35,047 nucleotides of DNA, from the NCBI GenBank assembly GCA_002269645.1, contig NIVC01001800.1:1-35047 (forward strand), written 5' to 3'. Below, in pieces: positions 10,621-22,059 of the stretch (the stretch's first letter is position 1; each line of letters begins with the position of its first letter). Position numbers and translations under genes: made by a program. The notes below the pieces were generated by a model. The model saw only the letters and a list, made by a program, of their open reading frames with translations, had not been told where the DNA came from and searched no databases. The stretch is from Macrostomum lignano (taxonomy: Eukaryota).

Positions 10621-12571
10621 TCACGGTCCCATTCGCCTTGAGCGGGAAATGGAATCCCCTGACTCGGGTCCAGAAGCAGCAGTTGAAGTTCGCTTTCTCG
10701 CCCGTGTCTCCTCCCTGGCCAGCTGATTGAGATGGTCTCGTACAGACTTCCAGATTTCGTGGAAGTCGTAGCCAGATGTTCGATAGCACAATTGAAGCAA
10801 ACCTGAAAATTCACGAGTATAGTAAAATATTTTTACAATAGACATTGTGTACTGTGTTTATAGTAGAAATAGGCTAAATTTAAAAGGAAGTTGATTTATG
10901 ATGCTAATCATTAAATAGGTCAATGGGATGTATTGAACTTTAGAACTATTTTTCCTCAATTTCTTTTATCTCAGACCTAAATGTGTTTTTTTAGAAAATA
11001 TCCCAAGTATTGGATTCAGATCATTTAGCATTAATTAGCCTAAATTGCTTTATAATAAAAAAATTGCACAAAACTGTGAAAAAATTATATATATATATTT
11101 ACGTTGAAACTCTGTCACATGCTCAGATGGAGCAGGCCTTCGGGAACTGCGAGCACCACAGGATGAATCGATTATATGCTCAAGCAAGTAGCCTTCGCCA
11201 AATCGCAGCTTGATATACCTTCGGAGGAACACCTTAGGATCGTTGCAAAGAATTGAAGACAGCTCAGCTAGGGAACCATCAATGCACCTAAATTCCTAAA
11301 AAATGTTATTATATAGTAGAACTTTTATACTACAGACGTGATGCTGCTGATGCTAAGAAAAAACTGACATACCTCATTTTGGTATTCTTTAATTGTTAGC
11401 ATTCCACCAAAGTTGTCATCCTTTTTTAAAAGTCGGCATATCCTTGCAGCAAGACGCTTCTCAAGAGAAAGCAACTCGGATTGAATGAACAGTTTTAGAT
11501 CTAGAGTAAGATATATGCTCATATATAAAAATATGGTGATTTTGATTTTTAATAATGTGATTGTATCATATTAAAAAAATAAAATTATACCTTTCATTGT
11601 TGCATCCGATTCACTGTTTACTATCTGTACCCCTCGGAGGGGTTGCACTTCTTGAATTGCACCTAGTGATAAAAAAGGCTTATTGCTACAAAAATATTGA
11701 CTCATTTGGTATTTGGTTTTCAATTAGGTGTAATAGAATATACAAACTTGATTCCAAGAGGCCTGTGGCACGAGCTTGCTCATTTTCAACCAAAGATGCC
11801 TCTCTCTCAAATGCAGAAATGGCTTTTTCTAAAAAATAATAATTAATCAAATAATACAACAAAAAAAACAAATTGCAAACAATTAATAGTTCATATATAT
11901 TGCAGTTTTACCCATTGATTGAGTAGCTGGTATCGCCAAATTTGGTTCGCCACTTTCACTATCCACTTCATAAAGCTCGTCAAGTAGTCCATGCTGATGA
12001 CAACTAGAACTTGAAGCAACCTGCTTTGAACTAGATGACCTTATTGTCCTTACATTTGCAATGCCAGCTTGGGGATCTTTCATTGCAAAAAGCTCAATAG
12101 CTTGGCTAATCAATGAATCAGTATTTTCAGCCTCACTAACCAAGTTGGAAAGTTGGTTCATAGTTGAAGCCATTTGCCTTTCACTACCTTTTGCCACAAG
12201 TGTAGCAGAAAATAGTTTGCCATACATGCGTAAAAAGACTTTAGTCCCCTAAAATATAATTTAATAAAGTAATATTACATTTGTAGTTGGAATAATTTGT
12301 TTTAGAAACCATGTACTCAATAACAAAATATTATGCATATAAATCCAACTTAAAATCTTACTTGTGCAAGTTCCAACTTTTCATCATTAGTTATTGTACT
12401 TGGCCAATAGGGAGACCCAAATGCAATGGTCACATATTGCTCATCATGGCCAACATTGTGAAGAATAAAGCAGAAAAACAATGCTGAATTGTCATTTCCA
12501 AATTTAGAAGTACTTTTTGTCTGCTTTCGAAGAGGCCTAGAATTAGATGCACTTAATCCAATATCATCCAT
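10621..12571 (-). CDS. EnSpm second gene (TnpA-role candidate), 7 exons, 400 aa, predicted C-terminal BEN-like domain
   Basis: Exons 12571-12362, 12248-11912, 11828-11748, 11662-11591, 11500-11373, 11295-11103, 10802-10621 (1203 nt). All six introns are GT-AG with matching phases, no internal stop. C-terminus FLRRYIKLRFGEGYLL...CG...EIWKSVRDHLNQLAREETRARKR resembles BEN by eye. Confidence 0.8.
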
Positions 12572-13709
12572 AACAATTTGTTCTGAAAAAGTTTCACAAG
12601 GAGATAAGGTTTGAAGAATCAATCAAGAGGCCAATGACAAACCAATTAGAATTGTATATAAAAAAAATTTAATGTAGGGACCCTAGGCCCCTATGATTTT
12701 AAATAAAAATTATAATATAAGGCCTAGGCCCTATATATAGGCCTATAATTATAAAGTTGTGCCATTGTGGATTTTCTGATACAAAGTAGACAATATTAGG
12801 CCTAATTGGGCCTAGTCTAGTCTAGTTTTGATTATAGACTGTATATTAGATAAAAGGACATGAAAGGTCTCGAAATTAAGTACCAATTACCATAATATAC
12901 TATTATTTTTTATTATTTTGAAACTGTCAGCCTACCATGTGATTTTTATCATTAGGCTATGGCCTAGGTCTAGGATGCCACTTTAGACTAGGCCTTTGGC
13001 TTTGGTTAGGCCAACCTATCATTATAAAAATGCAGCAAAATATCATTCAAAAATATACATCTAACCCCTATAGGTTATCTTTGCATCCCAAATATAATAT
13101 ATAATAGGGTTTCTATTTTCTAATATATCTACAAATACAATTTTCACTGAAGGAGTGAAGATCAAAATTAGCATGTCAAAAAACCTTACAAGCCACCGAA
13201 TTTTAAAACTAGCTACCAAAAGTGGAACTGGAAGTATATAGCTAAGAAAAAACATAAACATAAACATAGCACATAGTGACACATAATGAAATGATGACAA
13301 CATGCAAGAGTGACAGAGTCCTCTTAGAAAGGAAAAATAGGCCTAGTAATTTATGTTTATGGGAAGTTAAGTCCGTAATTAACTAAACCGAAACAAAATG
13401 GCCAACAAAATTGCTGGTAATATATTCAAAGCAATTTGTAGGTGAAGATTTTAACAAATTTATTAAACTATTTTTTGTATTTACAATTTCGCTTTTATTA
13501 AATATATTTAAAACTTTATTAGATATACATAAAATAGCCTGAAATTTTTTATAAGCTTAGTTATTTATTTTCCCGTATGAACTCCCTGACATGGATGATT
13601 TTACCATGGAAAGTTTTAAAAATCCATGCATGAAAATACCATGAACATGCATGATTTATCAATGGATCATGGATCATAGATGATTTATCCATGATAAGAG
13701 AGTAGGGCA

Positions 13710-13985
13710 ATTCTCAACTGTAAGCAAGCTCTGAGAATCTAACGGTCTGCAATACGTTAATTAGGGTGGTGGCAGCTACGCTACTCATAGTAAGCTTAAC
13801 GCAAATCGAAGTACATTGAATACGGTGTCTGAAAAACTGAATGACCGTGCCTAATCTACGACCACTCGACTTAAACTACCCTCCCCCGGAATTAAGGACC
13901 CCGGCAGGAGTAACCCAGCGAAATTCGGCGGACCTTTTGAGATTCGACTGGGCGATATTTCCGGCTTTAAACGCGTGAACTGAAA
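13710..13985 (+). repeat. Inner part of left arm of old long inverted repeat
   Basis: Blocks AGCTCTGAGA, AATTAGGGTGGTGGCAGC, AACTACCCTCCCCCGGA and GATTCGACTGGGCGAT align in order with the reverse complement of ~18715-19010. Confidence 0.8.
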
Positions 13986-14364
13986 CGCAGGCGGATGTCA
14001 AAGTAGTAAACCGACAAGTCGCTGATTTAAATACGAGTATGTTTCGCAAACCAACTGCCCTCAGCTTTTAGCTTTAATGGGTAATCGACCTACCACCACT
14101 GATAGTGATAAGTATTATTACAGTATTATTTCAATACTCACTAAAGCCCATACATAACATTACACGAAAATTTACACGAAAATTTACCAGTATAATTCAT
14201 TTTTTGCGCACCATTTTGTGTTAACTATCTCAGACCAGCTTTATTGCTGTGCGCCATTCCCATGTGCGTGCTGCGACTCTTGCACACTTTTTGTGTAGGT
14301 AGGCTAGGGCTTACACCAAATTTCCGCCATAAATTAGGGCCTAAATACCCAGACCCATAGCTAG

Positions 14365-15048
14365 GGGAACTGGTTACTTCGGTGACAGTCACTTCGGTGA
14401 CAACCGTTCGGTGACAGGTTACTTCGGTGACAAACGTGTGTCGAGCCAATGCGAATGGTTCAATAGGACATTTTTGTAAAAAAAACCTTTTGCATTGGTC
14501 AATAATTTAAAATCGATTTTGAATTTAAGTTAAAATAGTTTTCTTAGAAATTACTGTACTTCAATGTCCTGCTAAAGACAAAGTGAAGATACAAAATATA
14601 TGTAAGGTACAATATAATTTTTGTTCAAGAGAAGGGTTTCTAAGAAATGAACATAAAAAATTGCTCTAAGAAATAAATCTAAGCCTTAATTAATCTATCT
14701 TGTAATTTTACCTTTGCATCTATGCTTTGCCGATGTGCATGGACACAGTATTTTATATATTTATTTTGTAAGCTTTTGACAAGTTACGTTTTCGACGAAA
14801 TAATATAGCATGTTTCTGAGAAGCTGCACTTTGCTTTGAAAAGAAATCTTAAAAATTAAAATATATGTTCTTTTTCTTAGAAACACCTCACTTTAACAAG
14901 CAATATACGTCCTTTTCAAAACTGACCTATTTAAGCAAGGCATTAAATTACGAGTGACTAATCTAGAGTATTTATTTCAGTTTAGATGTGAAATTATGCA
15001 CACATTATTTTGTCACCGAAATGGATGTCACCGAAGTAACCGTAATCC
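14365..15048. mobile_element. Non-autonomous MULE-like element, 684 bp
   Basis: GG termini; TIRs made of repeated TTCGGTGACA units (GGTTACTTCGGTGACA at both ends, inverted); 9-bp TSD CATAGCTAG (14356-14364) / CTTAGCTAG (15049-15057), 8/9 match. Confidence 0.75.
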
Positions 15049-15109
15049 CTTAGCTAGGTAGGTATATTACAAATTTACTAATAAAATGAGAATATTTCAT
15101 AGATAAAAT

Positions 15110-17479
15110 CAGGGGCGCGTCCAGAGTTTTCAGGATGGGGGGGCCAGTTAGGGCCCAGTAAAAACTGAAGGGGCAATACCAACATCTTGAATTGAGTTTT
15201 TTAATTATTGTAAAAGCTAATTTTTACCGAAAAGTAAAAATGACATCCAAAAAAGATCTCACAAAGAATGAATGCTATAGCTAAGTTGATTTATATTCTC
15301 TCTTATTTACATTTAGACATTCTAAATGTTTTTTGCCCAAGAACACTTTTTAGGATTTGCAATTGGAAAATTTTTGAATAGAAAGCTAAACACAAATTCA
15401 TTTAACTTTACAGTTTACTTTTCCTGGCAGATTCTTATCAAAAAACTCTGTTGGTTCATTTAATTATTGGCTAATCTCTGCAAAGTATATATTTTTACTG
15501 AGAGGAGAGGGCAGAGAAGAAGGGGAGAGAGTAGGGAGAGATAAATAGGAGGAGAGAGTAGAGGTGAGAAGAGGGAGAGATGAGAGAGATGAGATGAGAG
15601 AGGAGAGAGTAGATAGGATGAAGTAGATAGGATAAAGGATAAAGAGAGGAGATAGAAGAGAGTAGAGATGAGAGAAGAGAGAAAAGATGGAAGAAAGTAG
15701 AGAGCAGATAGAAGAGAGTAGAGATGAGAGAGGAGAGAGTATATAGCAGAGAGTAGAAAGATGAGAGTGGAGAAAGGAGAGATTAGAAAGGGTGGAGATA
15801 AGCAAGCAGAGAAAAGAAAGAAGAGACGTTAAAAAGGATAGTACAGACTAGAGATCAGGGAGAGAGGAGATAGATAGGAGAGATGAGAAATGAGAGCAGA
15901 GAAGTAGAAAGAAGAGAGGAGAGAGAGAAGAGGAGGGAAGTTTTGAGAGATAGGAGAGTGAGAAGTGAGAAGAGGAGAGAGAGGAAACAGTGGAGAGCAG
16001 AGAGAAATGAGAAGAGATAAGAGAGCAAGCAAAGATAAACGAAGAAAAATGAGAGACGAATGACTAAAGTTAAGAGAAAAGAGATAAGGTGGTAGAGATG
16101 ACAGGAGAAATAAGAAATGAGATATGAGATATGAAAGAGAAGAGAGAGGAAAGTGGAGAGAGAAGAGAAGAGACAAGAGAAGAGAAGAGAGGAGAAAGGA
16201 AAGAGAGGAGTCAAAGATGGGAAATAAAAGAGTACAGGGAAAAGACATGAGAGAACATATAAGAGATTAAAGTTGACAGAAGAGAGAACAGAGACGAGAG
16301 TAAACAGACAAGAGATGGGAGAGTAGAGAGAACAGAGGACAGAGAAGAGATTATGAAGATGAGAGAAAAGAGTAGGGAGAAGAAAAATGTGTAAGAGCAG
16401 AGAAGAGATACAAAGGGAGAAAGAAGTGGAGTAAAGAGAGAAGAGGGGAGAGAATCGACAACAGATGGGAGAGAGGGGAGAGGAAAGAAGAGAATGGAGA
16501 GGGGAGAAAGTAGAGAGAAGAGAGATGGGCAGCGGAGAGCAGAGAGATAAATAAGAGGAGAGAGGAGAGAGGAAATAAGAGAGAAGATATGAGATGAGAG
16601 AGATGAGAGAGAAGAGAAGAGAGGAGAGAAAAGAGAGGAAAGGAAAGAGACGAGAGTAGAGGGGAAAGAGGAGAGAGGAGAGCAGAGAGAAAAAAGTAAG
16701 GAAAGAGGAAAGAACAGGGAAGAGATGAGATGAGAGAAGAGAGAGGCAAGAAAAAAGAGAAATGTGAAGCGATAAGAGTGCAGAGATAAAAGAAGAGAAA
16801 GGAGGGATCAGAGAAAAGACGTGAGAGAAGAGAGGTGGGGGAAGAGACAAAAGAAGAGGGGAGAGAGAAGAGAGGAAAGAGGAAAGAAGAGATGACAGGA
16901 GAGACGAAAGATGAGAGAATAGAGAAAAGAGAGGAAACAGAAGCAAAGATAGAAGTTTCAAAGGATCTGAGGGATGTACATGTAGAGAGAGGCAGAGGCA
17001 GAGGTCAGTTTTTTGTTGACTTTTCCAGTACATGTTTTAGATCGACATTGCCTGATATTCTGCACAGCATCCTAGCCAACGAGATCAATGCTTGCCTCAA
17101 ATCTTAATTTTACATGAATTTACTCCATTTTATGTTCATCTCCATCCTAACTATTAACAAGTTTTTGTTTGAGTATGACTTCAAATTCTAGAATATGTGC
17201 GAAAATAATTCCCGAGATTGGAATTCCACGGGTTCAAGATCCACAGGTTTCAACAGCTTACAAGTGTTTGTATAAAAACTATTGTTTCTAAAATTAAAAC
17301 TGCAAAAAAGAAAAAAAGGGTTTTTCAAACTATTTTTTGGAAAATCCAAAGTGAAAAAAACTGAAAGTGGGGGTGGGCCACAGGGGGGCCCGTGGCTTAA
17401 TTGGGGGGGGCCACAGGGGGGCCCGTGGCTTAATTGGGGGGCCCAGGCCCCCCCTAGCCCCCCCTTGGACGCGCCACTG
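15110..17479. mobile_element. Non-autonomous hAT-like element, 2370 bp
   Basis: TIR CAGGGGCGCGTCCA / reverse complement CAGTGGCGCGTCCA; perfect 8-bp TSD GATAAAAT (15102-15109 and 17480-17487); GGGGCCC-rich subterminal repeats. Confidence 0.88.
15497..17005 (+). repeat. ~1.5-kb purine-rich (A/G) low-complexity tract within the hAT element
   Basis: Plus strand almost entirely A and G with no fixed period; accounts for the L/S/F-rich minus-strand ORFs. Confidence 0.95.
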
Positions 17480-17577
17480 GATAAAATACACAACTTTCAC
17501 GGAAGAATATACAAAAAATACTTTACAATTGTGCCGATAGAAAGAAGGCATACTTGATACTACATGTATATGTTATG

Positions 17578-17688
17578 GGCTATCCTTCAGTTTCGTTCGT
17601 TTAATTATTTCCGGAATTATTTCGCCCTCTATTCAAGGGTGGTGGGGGGTGGGTGTTGGAATTAAACGAACGAAACTAGAAGATAGCC
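17578..17688. mobile_element. 111-bp MITE with GG termini and 8-bp TSD (Merlin- or MULE-like; superfamily uncertain)
   Basis: ~29-bp TIRs GGCTATC.....AGTTTCGTTCGTTTAATT; perfect TSD ATGTTATG (17570-17577 and 17689-17696). Confidence 0.85.
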
Positions 17689-18714
17689 ATGTTATGTTAA
17701 CTTTTAATAAGCAAAAAAGTGAACTAGACATATTGGACAAGTTTTTCATATAGATTATAGTATTAAATTCGGTATCCATGCTTTTCAGTGCCTGTGCTTT
17801 TTGGTTCCCGGCATTTTGGTGCTTCAGTTTGCTTTTTGGTACCTAAATTATTAAGGGCATAGGCCTAATAAGAATTAAAACAAAAACATAGAAAATGAGC
17901 CCTAATTAAGGCTAATTTAGCAGTGTGTTGCAGTACTTCTTTACTTTAAAAACTAAGGTATTATTCATTTTGTTAAGCTGACACTGACCTAGTATTCTAA
18001 TTAAAAAGTGCTACCCCTGGACTAGGGGTAGAAAAAAATTATACCCCTAGGCCTAACTACAAAAAACTGCTGCCTCATATGCACAAAATGTCGCTAGCTA
18101 ATTGGTTTATATATTCTAGTTAAGTTAATGAGTGTTAAAGTTTAAAAAATCAAATTTGTTAGCTATGACCATAGATACAACTTACAAGATACTAGGCCTA
18201 GAATATATGGCTATGCTTCTAGCTAGAATGTATGCTTCTTTGCTACTGAAGTGAAAGTAGAAAGCTGTTTATTTAGTATATATACCTAAGTGGCCCTGGC
18301 CCATCTAGTTATTTTAGCAATAGGCCTAGCATCTGTGATTATGATGTCATATGATACATACAATAATTGTCAAACTTTTGAGCTTTTAAGATAGAGCTTT
18401 TGATTGCAAAAACTATTACAATCCATATATTAAAAATGGTTTGTTTGCATGTGTGTGATCAATTTTAGCAAAAATTTTCATTTTTAGTATATAAGGATGG
18501 CTCAAACAATTTTCTTTGAACCTATCTACTATTTTGCCATTACTATATGACTTTCCAGTTCTCAATATTTCCTGAAATGTATATTCCTTTTTGAAATTTT
18601 TAGTATACTGTTGAGGTGGGGGCAGAGAAGAATTTTTTTGGTATTCTCGGGTTTTGAAATATTGGCTGACACCAGTGAGGTGGGGCAGATTCCTCGTTTG
18701 AATTGCTGCCAATG

Positions 18715-19044
18715 TTGAGTTCGCACAAATTTAATCCAAAAAATCGCGTAGATGAATCACAACAAATTTTTTTCTCCTTTTACTCCGACTGCTGGGTTCT
18801 CAAGTCCGGGGGGAAGGTAGTTGTAATCGCAGCAGAACGGTTGTGTAGTGGCGCGGTTTCAAAGCGATGAAACACTGGAGATTGTTGGCACAATAAATTA
18901 ATGTGTCGTTTTGCTCAGCTCATTACTTTCAATAGGGTAGTTGCTGCCACCACCGTAATTTACATATTACAGAACGGATAAGTCTCAGAGCTATCTTTGA
19001 GATGAGAACTTGGTTGTTTTACACCCCACGGGCAAATGACTCAA
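18715..19044 (-). repeat. Right arm of old long inverted repeat (uninterrupted)
   Basis: Reverse complement is colinear with 6871-6904 joined to 13710-13985; diverged with conserved blocks. Confidence 0.8.
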
Positions 19045-20487
19045 TAAATACTATGGCTTATAGTTCAACAAATAAATATGGTTTGGCATTTATTAAGTTT
19101 CTTAATAAATTAAATAGAGCAGGCTTATTAATTAATACTGAATTATTAAAGGCTACGAGAGAGTAATTCGTTTGCGGCGCTGGATAAATATAACAAGTTA
19201 AGAAAACTAGCAAATAGAAAACAAACGGAAGAAGAGGTGCAAAGGGGAGGGACCAGAGGGAGTTACAATTTCGCCTCAAAATGGAGGGTTTAAATACAGA
19301 TAAAAAACTGTTCTCCAGCTAGAGCAGTGACTAGACTGAGCGATAGATAAGCACCACACAAGTGCTGGATTGCGCAAAAAAATACCGTAAAGGAGCTCAT
19401 TCCAACAAACAGTTCAGACCGTGGGCACAGTCGTGCACCATATGGAAACCACAATGGGATATAAATTGGGCACAATTCCAAACTATGAAGGAAAAATGGA
19501 TGAACATTGCACAGACAGTTCTTGCCAAGCCAAAATTTGTTACCAATTTAGAACTTCAATCAAAAGTGGCATCCGCCTGCCACACTGTTGTACTTCTTAA
19601 TGCTTTATTGCTTCTACAAGTATAGAAGCTGATCACTTGAAAAATATGTTCAATAAAAGACTAGAACTTAAACAAATATAAAATAAATTTAACAAAGAAT
19701 CAAGCCAAGTCCATAGTCTGTTTCCTACTTGCAGTTAGGTTGGATGAAAACTGATGAAATGTCATCATTTATGCCATTATGCCAGGCTTATGCACCACAT
19801 GCCAGGCATAATGCCTGGACTAAGGTAGGGGAGGCAGTTTGTACAAACATTATTTTTCAAAAAAGTTTATTAATGTTTCCATTTGTATATTAAAATTAAA
19901 ACTTTAAAACATATAAGTTAATAAAGTTAAACAAAAAGATAATAAAATAAAAGTTTTTGTGTTACAGTACAATTTCTAGATTTTAAACTTTGTTTTACTT
20001 TTTATAAATAATAAAATATGTTGTTAATAAATTCTCTATTTTATTCAAATATTTGAAATAAGTTATGGTCATTGAAACCATAGTCACATTTATTTTGGGT
20101 TAGGGAAATATGCCAAAGGATCATCTATAGTTGTTTTTATGCCAGTCAATTATGCCAATCCATTTTTCTATTAATTCTTACGCCAAGCATTTATGCAAAG
20201 GCTAATTTTTGTCTAGAATTATGCCAGAGATTTCCAGCATAACTGTAATAAAATGGACTGTGGAGCTAAGTTAGTCCAATAAAGATAAAGAGAAAATAAG
20301 ATTAAACCTAAACAGTCATATATGAAAACTATTTCAGACAATAGTTAGCTAAAAGTAACACATCTAAGAATTTGCTATGGTGCATGGTCATAGCATATCT
20401 CTACCAGGTTTGGGAAAATCTATGGCATATACTGAATGGCTTGCTCACTAAACATTCCAAGTAAGCTACCAGTGATGTTGCAAAAGG

Positions 20488-20599
20488 CACAGATACTATA
20501 TAATATTATAATAATGTTAATATAATATTATATGAATATAAAATAATTATAAGATATAAGAATATAATAATAAGATAATACTGTTAGATAGTATCTGTG
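20488..20599. mobile_element. 112-bp MITE, P-superfamily-like
   Basis: Perfect 12-bp TIR CACAGATACTAT; perfect 8-bp TSD GCAAAAGG (20480-20487 and 20600-20607); interior almost purely A/T. Confidence 0.85.
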
Positions 20600-20750
20600 G
20601 CAAAAGGTTTATATATATAGTGTAGTAGCATATGCACCTTGGGGAAAATCAATAGACTAAGCAGCTCAAATGCAACTTTGAATTACAAAATTTACTGCTA
20701 AAAATTTGCGTAGCTAAGAACCCTACATTATCATCCTACACGAGTTCAAA

Positions 20751-21332
20751 TCAAGCATAAAAAATGCAATTCATTATGCCAAGCATCAGGTACAGTTCTG
20801 GTAGAGGCAGAATGAACAGAATCTTGCCTTTATCCTCTGCTTGAAGCAAAGGGGCCTCAATGCAGTTTTGGAACTTCTTTGCATTATTCCTCTCTTTGCC
20901 ACTATTGGCATAGTCCAAGGCCATCTGCCATATTCTTCCAATAGTTCTTATTGGGCCACAGATAAGGTCCACAACCTTCATGTTGGCTGCTACTGCACTC
21001 ACTATTATTCCTCCAAGGCTCAAATGCTAAAAAAGAACTTTAATGTTGTTGTAGCACTCACTGTCTGGTAATAGCATCAGCTTCTTCATTCCAGAATCGC
21101 AAATAGCTGGTCCTTTGACAATGGATTTTCTTGACTCTCACCTTGACGCAGCAGGCTGGCACAAATTAAATAGTCCATCGCCTCTGTCAAGACCAAGCTT
21201 CATGTCGACATCTGTGTAGCCCCTCTCAGAAGCGACCTTCTCAGTCAAGCCTCGCACATTGCTGCAGATTGTGGCGTTATTGCTATCAACTTCTAGCAAC
21301 TTGCCAGTTGAAAAGGTTACTGTGACAAGAAT
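20751..21332 (-). pseudogene. Chapaev (CMC) transposase fragment
   Basis: One frame with stops at 21140 and 21029 reads KLGLDRGDG..DSGMKKL..ECYNNIKVLF..ANMKVVDLICG..RTIG..AKKFQNCIEAPLL..PLPELYLMLGIMN, matching remembered Chapaev motifs KIGIDGGGG, DSGVKK, ENY, DLK..N, PPPELHLMLG. Confidence 0.7.
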
Positions 21333-22059
21333 CGCTTAATAATTGCAAACAACTCTCTAGTGACTCTAGCGACTCCAGGATGACTCTTGTGACTCTATGA
21401 GCCTTGAAATACCTAAAATCCCCTGTATGAGCCTTGACATATCAGCAATTCTTTCGGTGAGCCCACAGATACTTAAATAACTGGATTGGCCACTCAGGCA
21501 CATATACTTAGTAAAATTGCTTTCTACTTTCAGTTCAGTAGCAAAGAAGAATACATAAGCTATTTTATAAAAATAAAGGCAGCTGAAATGGCTTCGATAA
21601 GTTTAGAAGGCCAAGCTTGCAGGCGTAAACAACTTGCTAATTGGTTCAGCCAGAATGTACATTGGCCAGTCCACTGAAATGTACATGGCAGCTTATGGCT
21701 GGAATTCCGAGAAAGGCAATAAAATTGGGGCGGGACGGTTGTGGGGTAGTGGGAAATGCGCGATTAGAGGGTTTAAGCTGGGGGAGGTAAGAGCCAATAA
21801 ATGAGCCTTGACTTTAAAAATACATTAAAATGCTTTTGTCTAACTACTACTAAACTGAAAGTAGCTTACACGCAAATGTGCTGAGTGACCCATCTAGTTA
21901 TTCTAGTATCTGCAGGTGAGCCTAAATAAAATAGTAATAACTCCTAAATATTGTAATAGTAGCCAAATAAACTTATAAAGCTGATTATGTCTGCTTTTCA
22001 CTTTTCAGATCTTTCTGTTTAGAAAAAACAGCAATTTTTGTAGTTGAATACAATAAGCC

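Larger units (their letters stand above)
6905..13707 (-). mobile_element. Full-length CMC-EnSpm (CACTA-type) DNA transposon, 6803 bp, apparently autonomous
   Basis: 28-bp TIRs (6905-6932 and 13680-13707, 25/28 identical) starting CCCTA; 2-bp TSD CA (6903-6904 and 13708-13709); CATGG/CCATG-rich subterminal repeats at both ends; two intact genes inside. Confidence 0.92.

Noticed and set aside
15464-17107. Long L/S/F-rich and E/R/K-rich ORFs
   Set aside because: By-products of the polypurine tract.
19751-19780. CTGATGA as a hammerhead ribozyme core
   Set aside because: No downstream stem II plus GAAA arrangement.
19732-20245. Possible MITE with CAGTTA ends and internal TTATGCCA motifs
   Set aside because: Only 11/13 terminal match and no convincing TSD; boundaries unsupported.
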